Of a stretch of DNA of 64,000 bases, positions 20,374 to 30,065 are shown piece by piece. Position numbers and translations under genes: made by a program. Below the pieces are notes generated by a model. That model made no database searches and was not told where the DNA came from. It saw only the letters and a list, made by a program, of their open reading frames with translations. Position 1 is the stretch's first letter, and every line of letters starts with the position of its first letter. Origin of the DNA: a virus. The DNA is taken from the IMG/VR virus record IMGVR_UViG_3300032236_001771, positions 36,077-100,076 of that record; one strand, 5' to 3'.

Positions 20374-20478
20374 AATTATCCGGTTATCCTCATTTTAATT
20401 TTTTACATTGATTGATATATAATAGTAATGTTGCCTTCGGGGACATTATTATTTTACAGACGCTTTAGGAGGTCTATT

Positions 20479-20925
20479 ATGTTTCAAACTACAACAGTAA
20501 ATTATACTGTAAATGACGTTAATAAGTTATTAAATGATGCCACAAGATTTGGCATTGGTATGGATGATTGGATTCGTCGTTTTGCTACTCAAACTGAATC
20601 TTATTCAACCTATCCTCCATATAATTATATAAAAGAAAATTTAGAAAATTTTAGATTAGAATTTGCTCTTGCTGGATATAAAAAAGAAGATATTCAAGTT
20701 TATACTGAAACAAATAAATTATTCATTGAATGTAAAAAAGCAGAAACAGATAAACCTGATGAATATATTCATAAAGGATTAGCAAAAAGGGCATTTACTT
20801 GGGTGAGAAATTTGGCTGATGATGTAGAAGTATCTGATGTGTATTTTGATAATGGTATGCTTACAATTAAATTAAGTAAAATTGTGCCAGAGCATCAAAA
20901 AAGAAAAGTTTATACTGTTAAATAA
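20479..20925 (+). CDS. hsp20: Hsp20/alpha-crystallin small heat shock protein
   Basis: LEFALAGYKKEDIQVYTETNKLFIECKK...RTFTWVRNL-like; AGGAGG 7 nt upstream of ATG 20479 (ORF track start 20428 is too early). Confidence 0.85.
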   Translation: MFQTTTVNYTVNDVNKLLNDATRFGIGMDDWIRRFATQTESYSTYPPYNYIKENLENFRLEFALAGYKKEDIQVYTETNKLFIECKKAETDKPDEYIHKGLAKRAFTWVRNLADDVEVSDVYFDNGMLTIKLSKIVPEHQKRKVYTVK

Positions 20926-20960
20926 ATAGTTTAGGCTACCCCTTAATTATCGTTGCCGCT

Positions 20961-21002
20961 AGGAGGAAGGATGATCAATACCATCCAATTCCTCCTCTTT
21001 TA
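20961..21002 (+). terminator. terminator after hsp20
   Basis: AGGAGGAA/TTCCTCCT plus inner GGATG/CATCC, then CTTTTA. Confidence 0.6.
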
Positions 21003-21032
21003 CTAAATATTGATACGCAATAAAATATGTAA

Positions 21033-21743
21033 ATGAAAACATATAAGGATTTTAAGTTAACTTTACGATATCATAATACTCTAAATCCTAAAATCTGGGA
21101 TGATGAAAAATTAAAACCAGAAATATTAAAAAAATTACTTGAAATTGCTTATAAGTGGGCAAAGTATTCTAAAATACCAGAAAAAGCAATAAAAGATATA
21201 ATTTTGGTTGGTGGTAATGCTAATTATAATTACACTAAGTATTCTGACTTGGATTTACATTTGGTGGTTTCCCAAAAAGAAATTTCTGATTGTTCTGATT
21301 TTCTTGATGATTATCTTAGGTCAAAAAAACAACTTTGGTCACTCACACATAACATCAAAATATACGGGCATGAAGTTGAATTATATGCTCAAGATGTTTC
21401 AGCCCCTTATCCAAAAAATCAAGGAGTTTATTCCATAAAAACAAATAACTGGTTAATTAAACCCGTTAAAGCTGAAGTTAATTTTAAAAAAGATCCATTT
21501 TTAATTAAAAAAATTAAAGATATGATGGATCAAATTGATTATTTAATAACAAACAATGCTGATGAAGAAGAATTTGTTAATCTTAAAGAAAAATTAAGAA
21601 ATATGAGATCTGCAGCTATTAAGAGGGGCGGTGAGTTTTCATTTGAAAATCTTATCTTTAAGGACTTGCGTAATCGCGGATATCTTGCTAGAATGGTGGA
21701 GTACATCAAAAAATCTCAAGACGAAAAATTATCATTAAAATAA
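21033..21743 (+). CDS. nucleotidyltransferase-domain protein
   Basis: LVGGNANYNYTKYSDLDLHLVV (GG...DxD) motif. Confidence 0.65.
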   Translation: MKTYKDFKLTLRYHNTLNPKIWDDEKLKPEILKKLLEIAYKWAKYSKIPEKAIKDIILVGGNANYNYTKYSDLDLHLVVSQKEISDCSDFLDDYLRSKKQLWSLTHNIKIYGHEVELYAQDVSAPYPKNQGVYSIKTNNWLIKPVKAEVNFKKDPFLIKKIKDMMDQIDYLITNNADEEEFVNLKEKLRNMRSAAIKRGGEFSFENLIFKDLRNRGYLARMVEYIKKSQDEKLSLK

Positions 21744-21744
21744 T

Positions 21745-22077
21745 ATGACGTTAAAAATTGCATTATTGAAATCTGGTGAAGATGTAATAGCAGACATCAA
21801 AGAAATTGTTGATGATGAAAAAAAAGCAACAGTTGCTTATATGTTTGATCATCCTTATAGTGTAAAACTTATAGAAAAAACTGAAGTGTTTCTTCAAGAA
21901 GAAACTACAAAGCAATTAGAATATGATCTTTATTTTAGTCCTTGGGCTCCTTTAAGTAAAGATAAACAATTTCCAATTCCAATGGATTGGGTGGTTACAA
22001 TTTATGAACCACACGAAGATGTTAAGTTTAGTTATGTAAAAAAAATGGAGGAACGAAATGAATCTTGTAATTCTTGA
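21745..22077 (+). CDS. Sm/LSm-like conserved protein
   Basis: KIALLKSGEDVIADIKEI...HPYSVKLI; paralog of 13552 and 22058 ORFs. Confidence 0.4.
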   Translation: MTLKIALLKSGEDVIADIKEIVDDEKKATVAYMFDHPYSVKLIEKTEVFLQEETTKQLEYDLYFSPWAPLSKDKQFPIPMDWVVTIYEPHEDVKFSYVKKMEERNESCNS

Positions 22078-22396
22078 ATTAGTTAATGACAAATATATTA
22101 TATGTGATTTGGAGAGACTTGATGATGAACCATCATATTACTTAAAAAATCCTTATATAATTTTAGAAAATTATGCTTATCTTGAAAAAAATAAAGAATT
22201 GGAGGTTACTGATCATTATGTACTTTTGACTAAAAAAGAAGAAAGCATTGGGGTTTCATATGAGTACATTACTTTAGAAAAATATCCAAAGTTTACAAAT
22301 GATGAAGGATGTTTAATGTATACAGATAAAATTATTACGATGGTTGAACCTGAATTAAAAGTAACTGAGTTGTATGTAAAGGTAATTGGTGGGTAA
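22058..22396 (+). CDS. Sm/LSm-like conserved protein (tandem paralog)
   Basis: DKIITMVEPELKVTELYVKVIG mirrors DKIITMTEVNTSIELFYTKSL of 13552 ORF. Confidence 0.4.
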   Translation: MNLVILELVNDKYIICDLERLDDEPSYYLKNPYIILENYAYLEKNKELEVTDHYVLLTKKEESIGVSYEYITLEKYPKFTNDEGCLMYTDKIITMVEPELKVTELYVKVIGG

Positions 22397-24887
22397 AACT
22401 TTTTATACGAATGTACAAATTTTAGGAGACAGCGTTCTTTATAGAGGCTATGAAAACGGTAAACAAATAACAATTAAAGATAGTTTTTCACCTACTCTTT
22501 TTGTTAAATCAGAAACTGAAAGTAAATTCAAAACTCTTGACGGAATTAATGTAAAACCTATTAAATTTTCTGGTGTTAGAGAAGCCAAAGATTTTGTTGC
22601 AAAATATCAAGAAGTTGATAATTTTGATATTTATGGTAATGATAGATTTTTATATCAATACATATCTAAACACTTTTCAGAAGAAATTGATTATGATTTG
22701 TCTGAAATAAAACTCGTTACAATGGATATTGAAACAACATCAGAAAATGGGTTTCCAAATGTTCAAGAATGTATAGAAGAAATTCTTTGTATTACTGTAA
22801 AAGATTTTTCTACTAAAAAGATTTTAGTTTGGGGACAAAAAGAATATATTAATGCTAGGAAGGATGTACTTTATGTAAATTGTCTTGATGAAGAAACTTT
22901 ATTAAGAAAATTTCATGGATGGTGGACACAAAATACCCCAGACATTATTACTGGTTGGAACGTAAAATTTTTTGATATTCCCTATATTTGTAAACGAATT
23001 GAAAGAGTTTTAAGTACCAAATTTATGAAATCTCTTTCTCCTTGGAATAGAGTATATGAAGAAGAGTTTGTAGTTAGGGGAATGAAAAATAATTCTTATG
23101 TAATTTTTGGAGTATCTATTCTTGATTATCTTGAATTATATAAAAAATTTACTTATACTACTCAGGAATCTTATAGGCTAGATCATATTGCTTTTGTTGA
23201 ACTTGGGCAAAATAAATTAGATCACTCTGAATATGAAACGTTCAAAGAATTTTACACTAAGGGATGGCAAAAATTTGTAAATTATAATATTATTGACGTA
23301 GAACTTGTTGACCGTTTAGAAGACAAGATGAAATTGATTGAACTTTGTCTTACAATGGCTTATGATGCTAAAGTGAATTATGAAGATGTTTTTTCTCAAG
23401 TAAGAACTTGGGATTCCATCATTTATAATTATTTGCTTAAATATGATATTGTAGTTCCTCCAAATAAAAGACAAAACAAAAATTCTCAATATGAAGGTGC
23501 ATATGTAAAAGAACCAATTCCTGGTGTTTATGATTATGTTGTAAGCTTTGATTTAAATAGTCTTTATCCACATTTAATTATGGGTTATAACATTTCTCCA
23601 GAAACATTGTTAGATCAAAAGCATCCATTTGTAACTGTTGATAAAATTTTAAATCAAGAAATTGATTTTCAACCTTATAAAGATTACGCAGTTTGTGCTA
23701 ATGGTGCAATGTATCGTAAAGATATTCGTGGATTTCTTCCAGAATTGATGGAAAAAATGTATAATGATCGTGTAATTTTTAAAAAGAAAATGATTGAGGC
23801 AAAAAAAGCATATGAAAAGAAAAAATCAAAAGAATTAGAGAAAGAAATTTCTCGTTGCAATAATATTCAAATGGCCAAGAAGATTTCTCTTAATTCTGCT
23901 TATGGTGCTTGTGGAAATCAATATTTTAGGTATTTCAAACTTGCAAACGCTGAAGCAATTACTCTTTCAGGGCAAGTTGCGATTCGTTGGATTGAAAATA
24001 AAATGAATTTTTATTTAAATAAAATTCTTAAAACACATGATGTTGATTATGTTATTGCTTCTGATACAGATTCCATTTATCTCAATATGGGACCTTTAGT
24101 GGAAACTGTATACAAGGGAAGAGAAAAAACTACTGAAAACGTTGTTTCTTTCCTTGATAAGATCTGTAAAATGGAACTTGAAAAGTATATTGAAAGTTGT
24201 TACCAAGAATTGGCAGATTATGTAAATGCATATGATCAAAAAATGCAGATGAAAAGGGAAAATATTGCTGACCGTGGCATTTGGACTGCTAAAAAAAGAT
24301 ATATACTTAACGTGTGGGATAATGAGGGAGTTAGATACACTAAACCAAAACTTAAAATTATGGGTATTGAGGCAGTCAAATCTTCTACCCCATCATTCTA
24401 TAGAGATAAACTTAAAAAAAGTTTTGAAGTTATTATGAATGGTACTAATGAGGATTTGATTAAATTTATCCAAGAAGTTAGAAAAGAAACAGAAAATCAA
24501 AAACTATCTGATATCTCATCTCCTAGAACTGCTAATAATGTTTCAAAATATTATAGTAGTTCTAATATTTACATTAAAGCAACTCCTATTCAAGTTAGAG
24601 GGGCATTATTATATAATCATTATTTGAAAAAGAAAAAACTTAATAATAAATATGCAGAAATTATGGATGGAGAGAAAATTAAATTTTTATATTTAAAAAC
24701 TCCAAACATAATTAATGAAAACGTAATTGCATTTATTCAAGATTTACCAAAAGAATTTGGGCTTGACAAATACGTTGATTATGAGCTACAATTTCAAAAG
24801 GCGTTTCTAGATCCGCTTAAGTCGGTTTTAGATTGCATTGGTTGGGAAACCAAAAAACAAAATTCATTAGAAAACTTTTTTGTATAG
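22386..24887 (+). CDS. gp43: DNA polymerase (family B)
   Basis: VTMDIETTSENGFP, SFDLNSLYPHLIM, KISLNSAYGACGN, IASDTDSIYLN. Confidence 0.97.
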   Translation: MVGKTFYTNVQILGDSVLYRGYENGKQITIKDSFSPTLFVKSETESKFKTLDGINVKPIKFSGVREAKDFVAKYQEVDNFDIYGNDRFLYQYISKHFSEEIDYDLSEIKLVTMDIETTSENGFPNVQECIEEILCITVKDFSTKKILVWGQKEYINARKDVLYVNCLDEETLLRKFHGWWTQNTPDIITGWNVKFFDIPYICKRIERVLSTKFMKSLSPWNRVYEEEFVVRGMKNNSYVIFGVSILDYLELYKKFTYTTQESYRLDHIAFVELGQNKLDHSEYETFKEFYTKGWQKFVNYNIIDVELVDRLEDKMKLIELCLTMAYDAKVNYEDVFSQVRTWDSIIYNYLLKYDIVVPPNKRQNKNSQYEGAYVKEPIPGVYDYVVSFDLNSLYPHLIMGYNISPETLLDQKHPFVTVDKILNQEIDFQPYKDYAVCANGAMYRKDIRGFLPELMEKMYNDRVIFKKKMIEAKKAYEKKKSKELEKEISRCNNIQMAKKISLNSAYGACGNQYFRYFKLANAEAITLSGQVAIRWIENKMNFYLNKILKTHDVDYVIASDTDSIYLNMGPLVETVYKGREKTTENVVSFLDKICKMELEKYIESCYQELADYVNAYDQKMQMKRENIADRGIWTAKKRYILNVWDNEGVRYTKPKLKIMGIEAVKSSTPSFYRDKLKKSFEVIMNGTNEDLIKFIQEVRKETENQKLSDISSPRTANNVSKYYSSSNIYIKATPIQVRGALLYNHYLKKKKLNNKYAEIMDGEKIKFLYLKTPNIINENVIAFIQDLPKEFGLDKYVDYELQFQKAFLDPLKSVLDCIGWETKKQNSLENFFV

Positions 24888-25893
24888 AGAATTTATGACT
24901 TTTTTAAAAGACATTGTAAAAGAAATTGGTGGGGAATATACACAGCTTGCATCAGATATTGTTGAAAATGAAACTTATGTAGATACTGGTAGTTACATTT
25001 TTAATGCTCTTGTTAGTGGGAGTATCTTTGGTGGAGTATCAGGTAATAAAATTACTGCTATAGCTGGGGAAACAAGCACTGGAAAAACTTTCTTTAGTTT
25101 GGCAGTTGTCAAGAATTTTCTTGATAATAATCCTAGTGGATATTGCTTGTACTTTGATACTGAAGCTGCAATCACTAGATCCTTATTAGAAAGTAGAGGT
25201 ATTGATACAACTCGCTTAGTTATTGTCAATGTTGTAACTGTAGAAGAGTTTAGAACCAAAGCTCTTAAGGCAGTTGATTTGTATATGAAGAAACCTGAAG
25301 GAGAACGCAATCCTTGTATGTTTGTACTAGACTCTTTGGGTATGCTTTCATCAAATAAAGAGATTACTGATACTCTTAACGATAAAGAAGCTAGGGATAT
25401 GACTAAATCCCAACTTATTAAAGGAGCATTTAGGATGCTCACATTAAAACTAGGTCAGGCAAATATTCCAATGATTGTAACCAATCATACTTATGATAGT
25501 ATGAGTATGTATGAGGGTAAAAAAATGTCAGGTGGTTCTGGATTACAATATTCTTCTTCAACAATCATTTATTTGTCAAAATCTAAAGCAAAAGATGGTA
25601 CAGAAGTTGTTGGTAATATTATTAAAGCAAAGACTGTAAAATCACGTTTGAGTAAAGAAAATCAAGAAGTAGAAATTCGTCTTTATTATGATGAACGGGG
25701 TCTTGATAAGTATTATGGTCTTCTTGAACTTGGAGAACTTGGTGGAATGTGGAAGAATGTTGCTGGTAGATATGAAATGGATGGTAAAAAACTTTATGCA
25801 AAAGATATTTTTAAAAATCCAGAACAATATTTTACTGATGAAGTAATGAAAAAACTTGATGTAATTGCCAAAGGCGAATTTATGTATGGATAA
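24880..25893 (+). CDS. uvsX: RecA-like recombinase UvsX
   Basis: GITAIAGETSTGKTFFSLAVVKNF, CLYFDTEAAITR. Confidence 0.95.
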   Translation: MYREFMTFLKDIVKEIGGEYTQLASDIVENETYVDTGSYIFNALVSGSIFGGVSGNKITAIAGETSTGKTFFSLAVVKNFLDNNPSGYCLYFDTEAAITRSLLESRGIDTTRLVIVNVVTVEEFRTKALKAVDLYMKKPEGERNPCMFVLDSLGMLSSNKEITDTLNDKEARDMTKSQLIKGAFRMLTLKLGQANIPMIVTNHTYDSMSMYEGKKMSGGSGLQYSSSTIIYLSKSKAKDGTEVVGNIIKAKTVKSRLSKENQEVEIRLYYDERGLDKYYGLLELGELGGMWKNVAGRYEMDGKKLYAKDIFKNPEQYFTDEVMKKLDVIAKGEFMYG

Positions 25894-26443
25894 AATTAAA
25901 GATCTTATTCGTGTTTATGATGATGCTTTAGAATCAAATATTTGTGAATTTCTTATTAATACCTTTGAACAAAATTCTGATAAACACGAAAGGATTGATA
26001 ATGAAAAGAAACCAAATTTTACTCAATTTAATTTAACAAAATATCATGAATTGTCTGAAGACACAATAAAAGTTCATAATTATTTGATTCAAAAAACTTT
26101 AAAATATAAAGATGATTATTATAAATTTGTTGATCCCCGAGTTTTTCCAGAACAACATGCGCTTGAACAATTTAGAATTAAAAAATATAATCCTGACGGA
26201 TTAGATCAATTTGATACACATGTTGATGTTTTAACTCATGATTCTGCAAAAAGATTTTTATCTTTTTTGTGGTATTTAAATGATGTTGATGATGGAGGAA
26301 ATACGGTATTTAAAGAAATCATTATTAAACCAAAGACTGGAACTTTAATAATATTTCCTCCCATGTGGATGTATCCTCATAAAGGAGAACCTTTAGTTAG
26401 TAATAGTAAGTATATTATGAGCACATATTTGCACTACTTATGA
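25886..26443 (+). CDS. 2OG-Fe(II) oxygenase (prolyl 4-hydroxylase-like)
   Basis: FDTHVD...RFLSFLWYLNDVDDGGNTVFKE...KPKTGTLIIFPPMWMYPHKGEPL; ATG 25886 replaces non-ATG start of track. Confidence 0.85.
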   Translation: MDKIKDLIRVYDDALESNICEFLINTFEQNSDKHERIDNEKKPNFTQFNLTKYHELSEDTIKVHNYLIQKTLKYKDDYYKFVDPRVFPEQHALEQFRIKKYNPDGLDQFDTHVDVLTHDSAKRFLSFLWYLNDVDDGGNTVFKEIIIKPKTGTLIIFPPMWMYPHKGEPLVSNSKYIMSTYLHYL

Positions 26444-27819
26444 CACAAAAAATTGAAAACACTATTTTATCAAATCTTATATTTAATGATGAATATACTA
26501 GAAAGGTAATCCCTTTTTTAAAAAAAGAATATTTTGATTCTATTTCTCAGAGAACAATTTTTGAAGAAATATCTAAATTTGTACAAACATATAAAAATTT
26601 ACCAACTCAAAAAATTCTTACTATTGAATTGGAAAAAAGAAAAGATTTAAATGAACAAACATTTAAAGAAATTATTTCTATAATTGATGGATTTGAAGAA
26701 ACTAAAGTAGATAAAAAATGGATTATTGATACAACTGAAAAGTGGTGTAAAGATCGGGCAATATATCTTTCTCTTTTGGAAAGTATTAAAATTGCTGATG
26801 GGAAAGATGAAGAAAAAACTAGAGATGCTATTCCAAGTATTCTTTCAGAAGCCTTATCAGTTTGTTTTGATGAGCATATTGGGCATGATTATATTTCAGA
26901 TTCCAGTAGTAGGCATGATTATTATTCTAAAAAAGAAGATAAAATTCCTTGGGATTTAGATTTATTTAATAAGATTACTAAAGGAGGAATACCAAAAAAA
27001 ACTTTAAATATTGCTCTTGGTGGAACTGGTTCTGGAAAATCTCTTTTTATGTGTCATGTTGCATCTTCAATTCTTCTTCAGGGAAAAAATGTTTTGTATA
27101 TTACTTTAGAAATGGCAGAAGAAAGAATTGCAGAAAGGATTGATGCAAATCTTTTAAATGTAAATATTAAAGATTTGGCCGATATTCCAAAACAAATTTA
27201 TGAAAATAAAATTAATATTCTTTCTAAAAAAACTCAGGGAAAACTTATTATTAAAGAATATCCAACAGGATCTGCTCATGCCGGACATTTTCGTAGTTTG
27301 TTAAATGAACTTGCTTTAAAGAAAAAGTTTTTTCCTGATATTATTTTTATTGATTATTTGAATATTTGTTCTTCTTCTAGATACAAGGGGTCTTTGGTAA
27401 ATTCTTATACATATGTTAAAGCAATTGCTGAAGAACTTAGGGGGTTGGCTGTAGAATTTGATGTTCCTATTGTGAGTGCTACACAAATGACCAGAAGTGG
27501 ATTTGGATCATCAGATCCAGATTTAACCGATACTTCAGAATCTTTTGGACTTCCTGCTACAGCAGATTTTATGTTTGCTTTAATTGCAACTGAAGAATTA
27601 GAAAGTCTTGGTCAAATTATGATAAAACAATTAAAAAATAGATACAATGATCCCACAGCCTATAAAAGATTTGTTATTGGTATTGACAGATCTAAAATGA
27701 GGTTGTATAATGTAGATGATGGTGCTCAAACAAAAATTCAAAATTCTGATAAAGAAGAAGAATATGAGTTTGAAGAACCTTCTAAAATTAATGATAAATT
27801 TGCAAATTTTAAAATCTGA
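26440..27819 (+). CDS. gp41: replicative DNA helicase
   Basis: DnaB-like LGGTGSGKSLFMCHVASSIL, IFIDYLNICSSSR. Confidence 0.95.
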   Translation: MTQKIENTILSNLIFNDEYTRKVIPFLKKEYFDSISQRTIFEEISKFVQTYKNLPTQKILTIELEKRKDLNEQTFKEIISIIDGFEETKVDKKWIIDTTEKWCKDRAIYLSLLESIKIADGKDEEKTRDAIPSILSEALSVCFDEHIGHDYISDSSSRHDYYSKKEDKIPWDLDLFNKITKGGIPKKTLNIALGGTGSGKSLFMCHVASSILLQGKNVLYITLEMAEERIAERIDANLLNVNIKDLADIPKQIYENKINILSKKTQGKLIIKEYPTGSAHAGHFRSLLNELALKKKFFPDIIFIDYLNICSSSRYKGSLVNSYTYVKAIAEELRGLAVEFDVPIVSATQMTRSGFGSSDPDLTDTSESFGLPATADFMFALIATEELESLGQIMIKQLKNRYNDPTAYKRFVIGIDRSKMRLYNVDDGAQTKIQNSDKEEEYEFEEPSKINDKFANFKI

Positions 27820-27833
27820 GGTATTAAATTCTA

Positions 27834-28241
27834 ATGACAATGATTGATCCTAGTAAGTATATTGAATTTGTCCAACAAACGACAAGTCCAGCAAGTAGTG
27901 ATTTTAATTCTTTATGCACTCGTTTAAATGAACTTAATTCTCAAGGTGCTAATGTTACTCGCCTTTTGACTGCATCATTTGGTATGAGTGCTGAAGCTGG
28001 TGAATTTACCGAAATTGTAAAAAAAATGTTTTTACAAGGAAAACCATATAGTGAAGATAATGTTGAACATTTGAAAGTAGAACTTGGAGATATTATGTGG
28101 TATGCTGCTCAAGCTTGTATGGCACTTAATATTTCTTTTGAAGAAGTGTTGGAAAGAAATTATAAAAAATTAAGTGCTAGATATCCAGAGGGAACTTTTT
28201 CTGTTTATAAATCAGAAAATAGAAAAGAAGGAGATATTTAA
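27834..28241 (+). CDS. mazG: MazG-like nucleotide pyrophosphohydrolase
   Basis: GEFTEIVKKMFLQGK...HLKVELGDIMWYAAQACMALNISFEEVLERNYKKLSARYPEGTF. Confidence 0.9.
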   Translation: MTMIDPSKYIEFVQQTTSPASSDFNSLCTRLNELNSQGANVTRLLTASFGMSAEAGEFTEIVKKMFLQGKPYSEDNVEHLKVELGDIMWYAAQACMALNISFEEVLERNYKKLSARYPEGTFSVYKSENRKEGDI

Positions 28242-28246
28242 TATAT

Positions 28247-28275
28247 ACCCTCAGGTCAATAGATCTGGGGGTTTT
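28247..28275 (+). terminator. terminator after mazG
   Basis: 11-bp stem ACCCTCAGGTC / GATCTGGGGGT (with G-T pairs), loop AATA, then TTTT. Confidence 0.75.
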
Positions 28276-28307
28276 CTTCTAAATATGTATAAAGACCTAT
28301 ACCAAAT

Positions 28308-30029
28308 ATGCTTAATTTTTCCAGATATATAAAATGCAATAATCAAGAAGAAATTCTTAAAGAAAAATATTTAAATAAAGATATTTTTACTGAAGGAACT
28401 ACAATTATTAGTGGAGATAAAATTGGGAAAATAATTAGAAGAGGTCCAAATTATGTAATTGCTTTAGATGAATCTAAAAAAATATTTCGTAGTTGGATTA
28501 CTGATATTAAAGAATATGTTGAGGAAAAGCCAAAACGAATAAATAAATATAGAAATTTTAGTTATTCACAAAATAATATGGATTCGGTTAAAGCCGCCAC
28601 TATTTTTATTGGAATGCTTCCAGAGCATTCTTATAGAGTACGTAGAACAGTAGAAAGAACCTTATTGGAAGGGATGAGTTATGATTCTGCAATTGGATTT
28701 CTTATTGAAGATTTGAAATCTCAATATTTGGTTGATAAAGCTGTTGAATATTATGAAGCATGTTTGGAAGAAGCTGATGATCAAATGGCAGCGGCAAAAC
28801 AACAAGCACAACAGCAAATGCTTCAAATGAAGCAAAATGCTTTGAAGCAAAGAATGCAAGCAAAACAACAGGAAACTCAGCAAAGAATGCAAAAACAAGC
28901 ATCAAAAGCTGCTTCTATGGGTGAAGAAATTGAAGATTTTGAAGAAGTTGATGAAGCTAGATTAGTAAGAAGATATAGTACATTAAATCCAAATGAAATA
29001 AGACAAAAAGCAGAACTTGGTTCGTCTTATGCTAGAAAACATCGTCGTCAAATGGGTCTTCCAGAAGAAGGTCCAAGTTTTAAAGTGAGAGATACAGCTA
29101 ACGCAAAATTAAAAAGAATGTCCCCTGAGCAACGAGCGCAATTACCAAATCAAGATAAAGTACAAAAAATAATGAATAGGGGACCTAAACTTCCAAAAAT
29201 TTCTGAAGAAGAAGAAACTCTAAGAAATACAAATCCTTGTTGGAAAGGATATAAACCAATTGGAACAAAGAAAAAGGGAGGAAGAACTGTTCCTAATTGT
29301 GTTCCTAAAGAAGAATTGCAAGGAGATCAATCAAAACTTGATGTTGCACCACCATTTAATAAATTAACTGCTGCTGATTTTAAAAAACTTCGGAGTAAAA
29401 AGAAAAATATAAAGGAACAAGAAGGTATTGGTGGTTCTGATGGTGTTAGTAGTGGTGGTGCTATGGCTAGTGCAGGACCTACTGGATCTGCTGGATCGTC
29501 AAAAAAACTTCCTACAAAAAAATCAAATTGGAGAGAAGAAATTTCTTTAAGTGATAGACTCGTTGAATCTGAAGACAAGGGAAACATTATTATCAATCCA
29601 AATTCAAATGATTGTCAAAAATGTGGAGCTAAACTAAAAGAAAATTATACTTGTCCAAATTGTGATGAAGGAACTCTTCGTACCAAATATCGTGAAGAAT
29701 CATATGAAATGATTGAACGTCATATGAGTGCGGCTGAAAAAGCAAAACGTGAAAAAATTGTTATGTCAATGAAAAAAAATCTTTCTGGTTTTAAATCTCG
29801 TTATGGTAAAAGAGCTAAAGATGTAATGTATGCCACTGCTACCAAACAAGCTTTACATAATGAAGAAATTGAAATTTCTGAAGAAGAAGCTTTGTATGGT
29901 GTTTATGATAGAGTAAAAGGAGTTTTTGTTCAAACTGGGGTTAGCTACGATACAGCTAAAGCCATTTATCAAAGGCTTCTTAAAAATGGTAGAAAATCTA
30001 GAGAATTGGCTATTAGAAGAGCCAAATAA
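28308..30029 (+). CDS. large conserved cyanophage protein (probable virion-associated), internal zinc ribbon
   Basis: 573 aa; Gln-rich coiled coil; CQKCGAKLKENYTCPNCDEG; MSAAEKAKREKIVMSMKKNLSGFKSRYGKRAKDVMYATATKQA. Confidence 0.6.
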   Translation: MLNFSRYIKCNNQEEILKEKYLNKDIFTEGTTIISGDKIGKIIRRGPNYVIALDESKKIFRSWITDIKEYVEEKPKRINKYRNFSYSQNNMDSVKAATIFIGMLPEHSYRVRRTVERTLLEGMSYDSAIGFLIEDLKSQYLVDKAVEYYEACLEEADDQMAAAKQQAQQQMLQMKQNALKQRMQAKQQETQQRMQKQASKAASMGEEIEDFEEVDEARLVRRYSTLNPNEIRQKAELGSSYARKHRRQMGLPEEGPSFKVRDTANAKLKRMSPEQRAQLPNQDKVQKIMNRGPKLPKISEEEETLRNTNPCWKGYKPIGTKKKGGRTVPNCVPKEELQGDQSKLDVAPPFNKLTAADFKKLRSKKKNIKEQEGIGGSDGVSSGGAMASAGPTGSAGSSKKLPTKKSNWREEISLSDRLVESEDKGNIIINPNSNDCQKCGAKLKENYTCPNCDEGTLRTKYREESYEMIERHMSAAEKAKREKIVMSMKKNLSGFKSRYGKRAKDVMYATATKQALHNEEIEISEEEALYGVYDRVKGVFVQTGVSYDTAKAIYQRLLKNGRKSRELAIRRAK

Positions 30030-30065
30030 TAAATAAAATTAAACAGAAAAAACCAGGAGAATTAA

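Noticed and set aside
20402-20423. TTTACA...TATAAT as hsp20 promoter
   Set aside because: Spacing between the boxes is only 10 nt; no acceptable -35 at 17 nt was found, so only the RBS-based start correction is reported.
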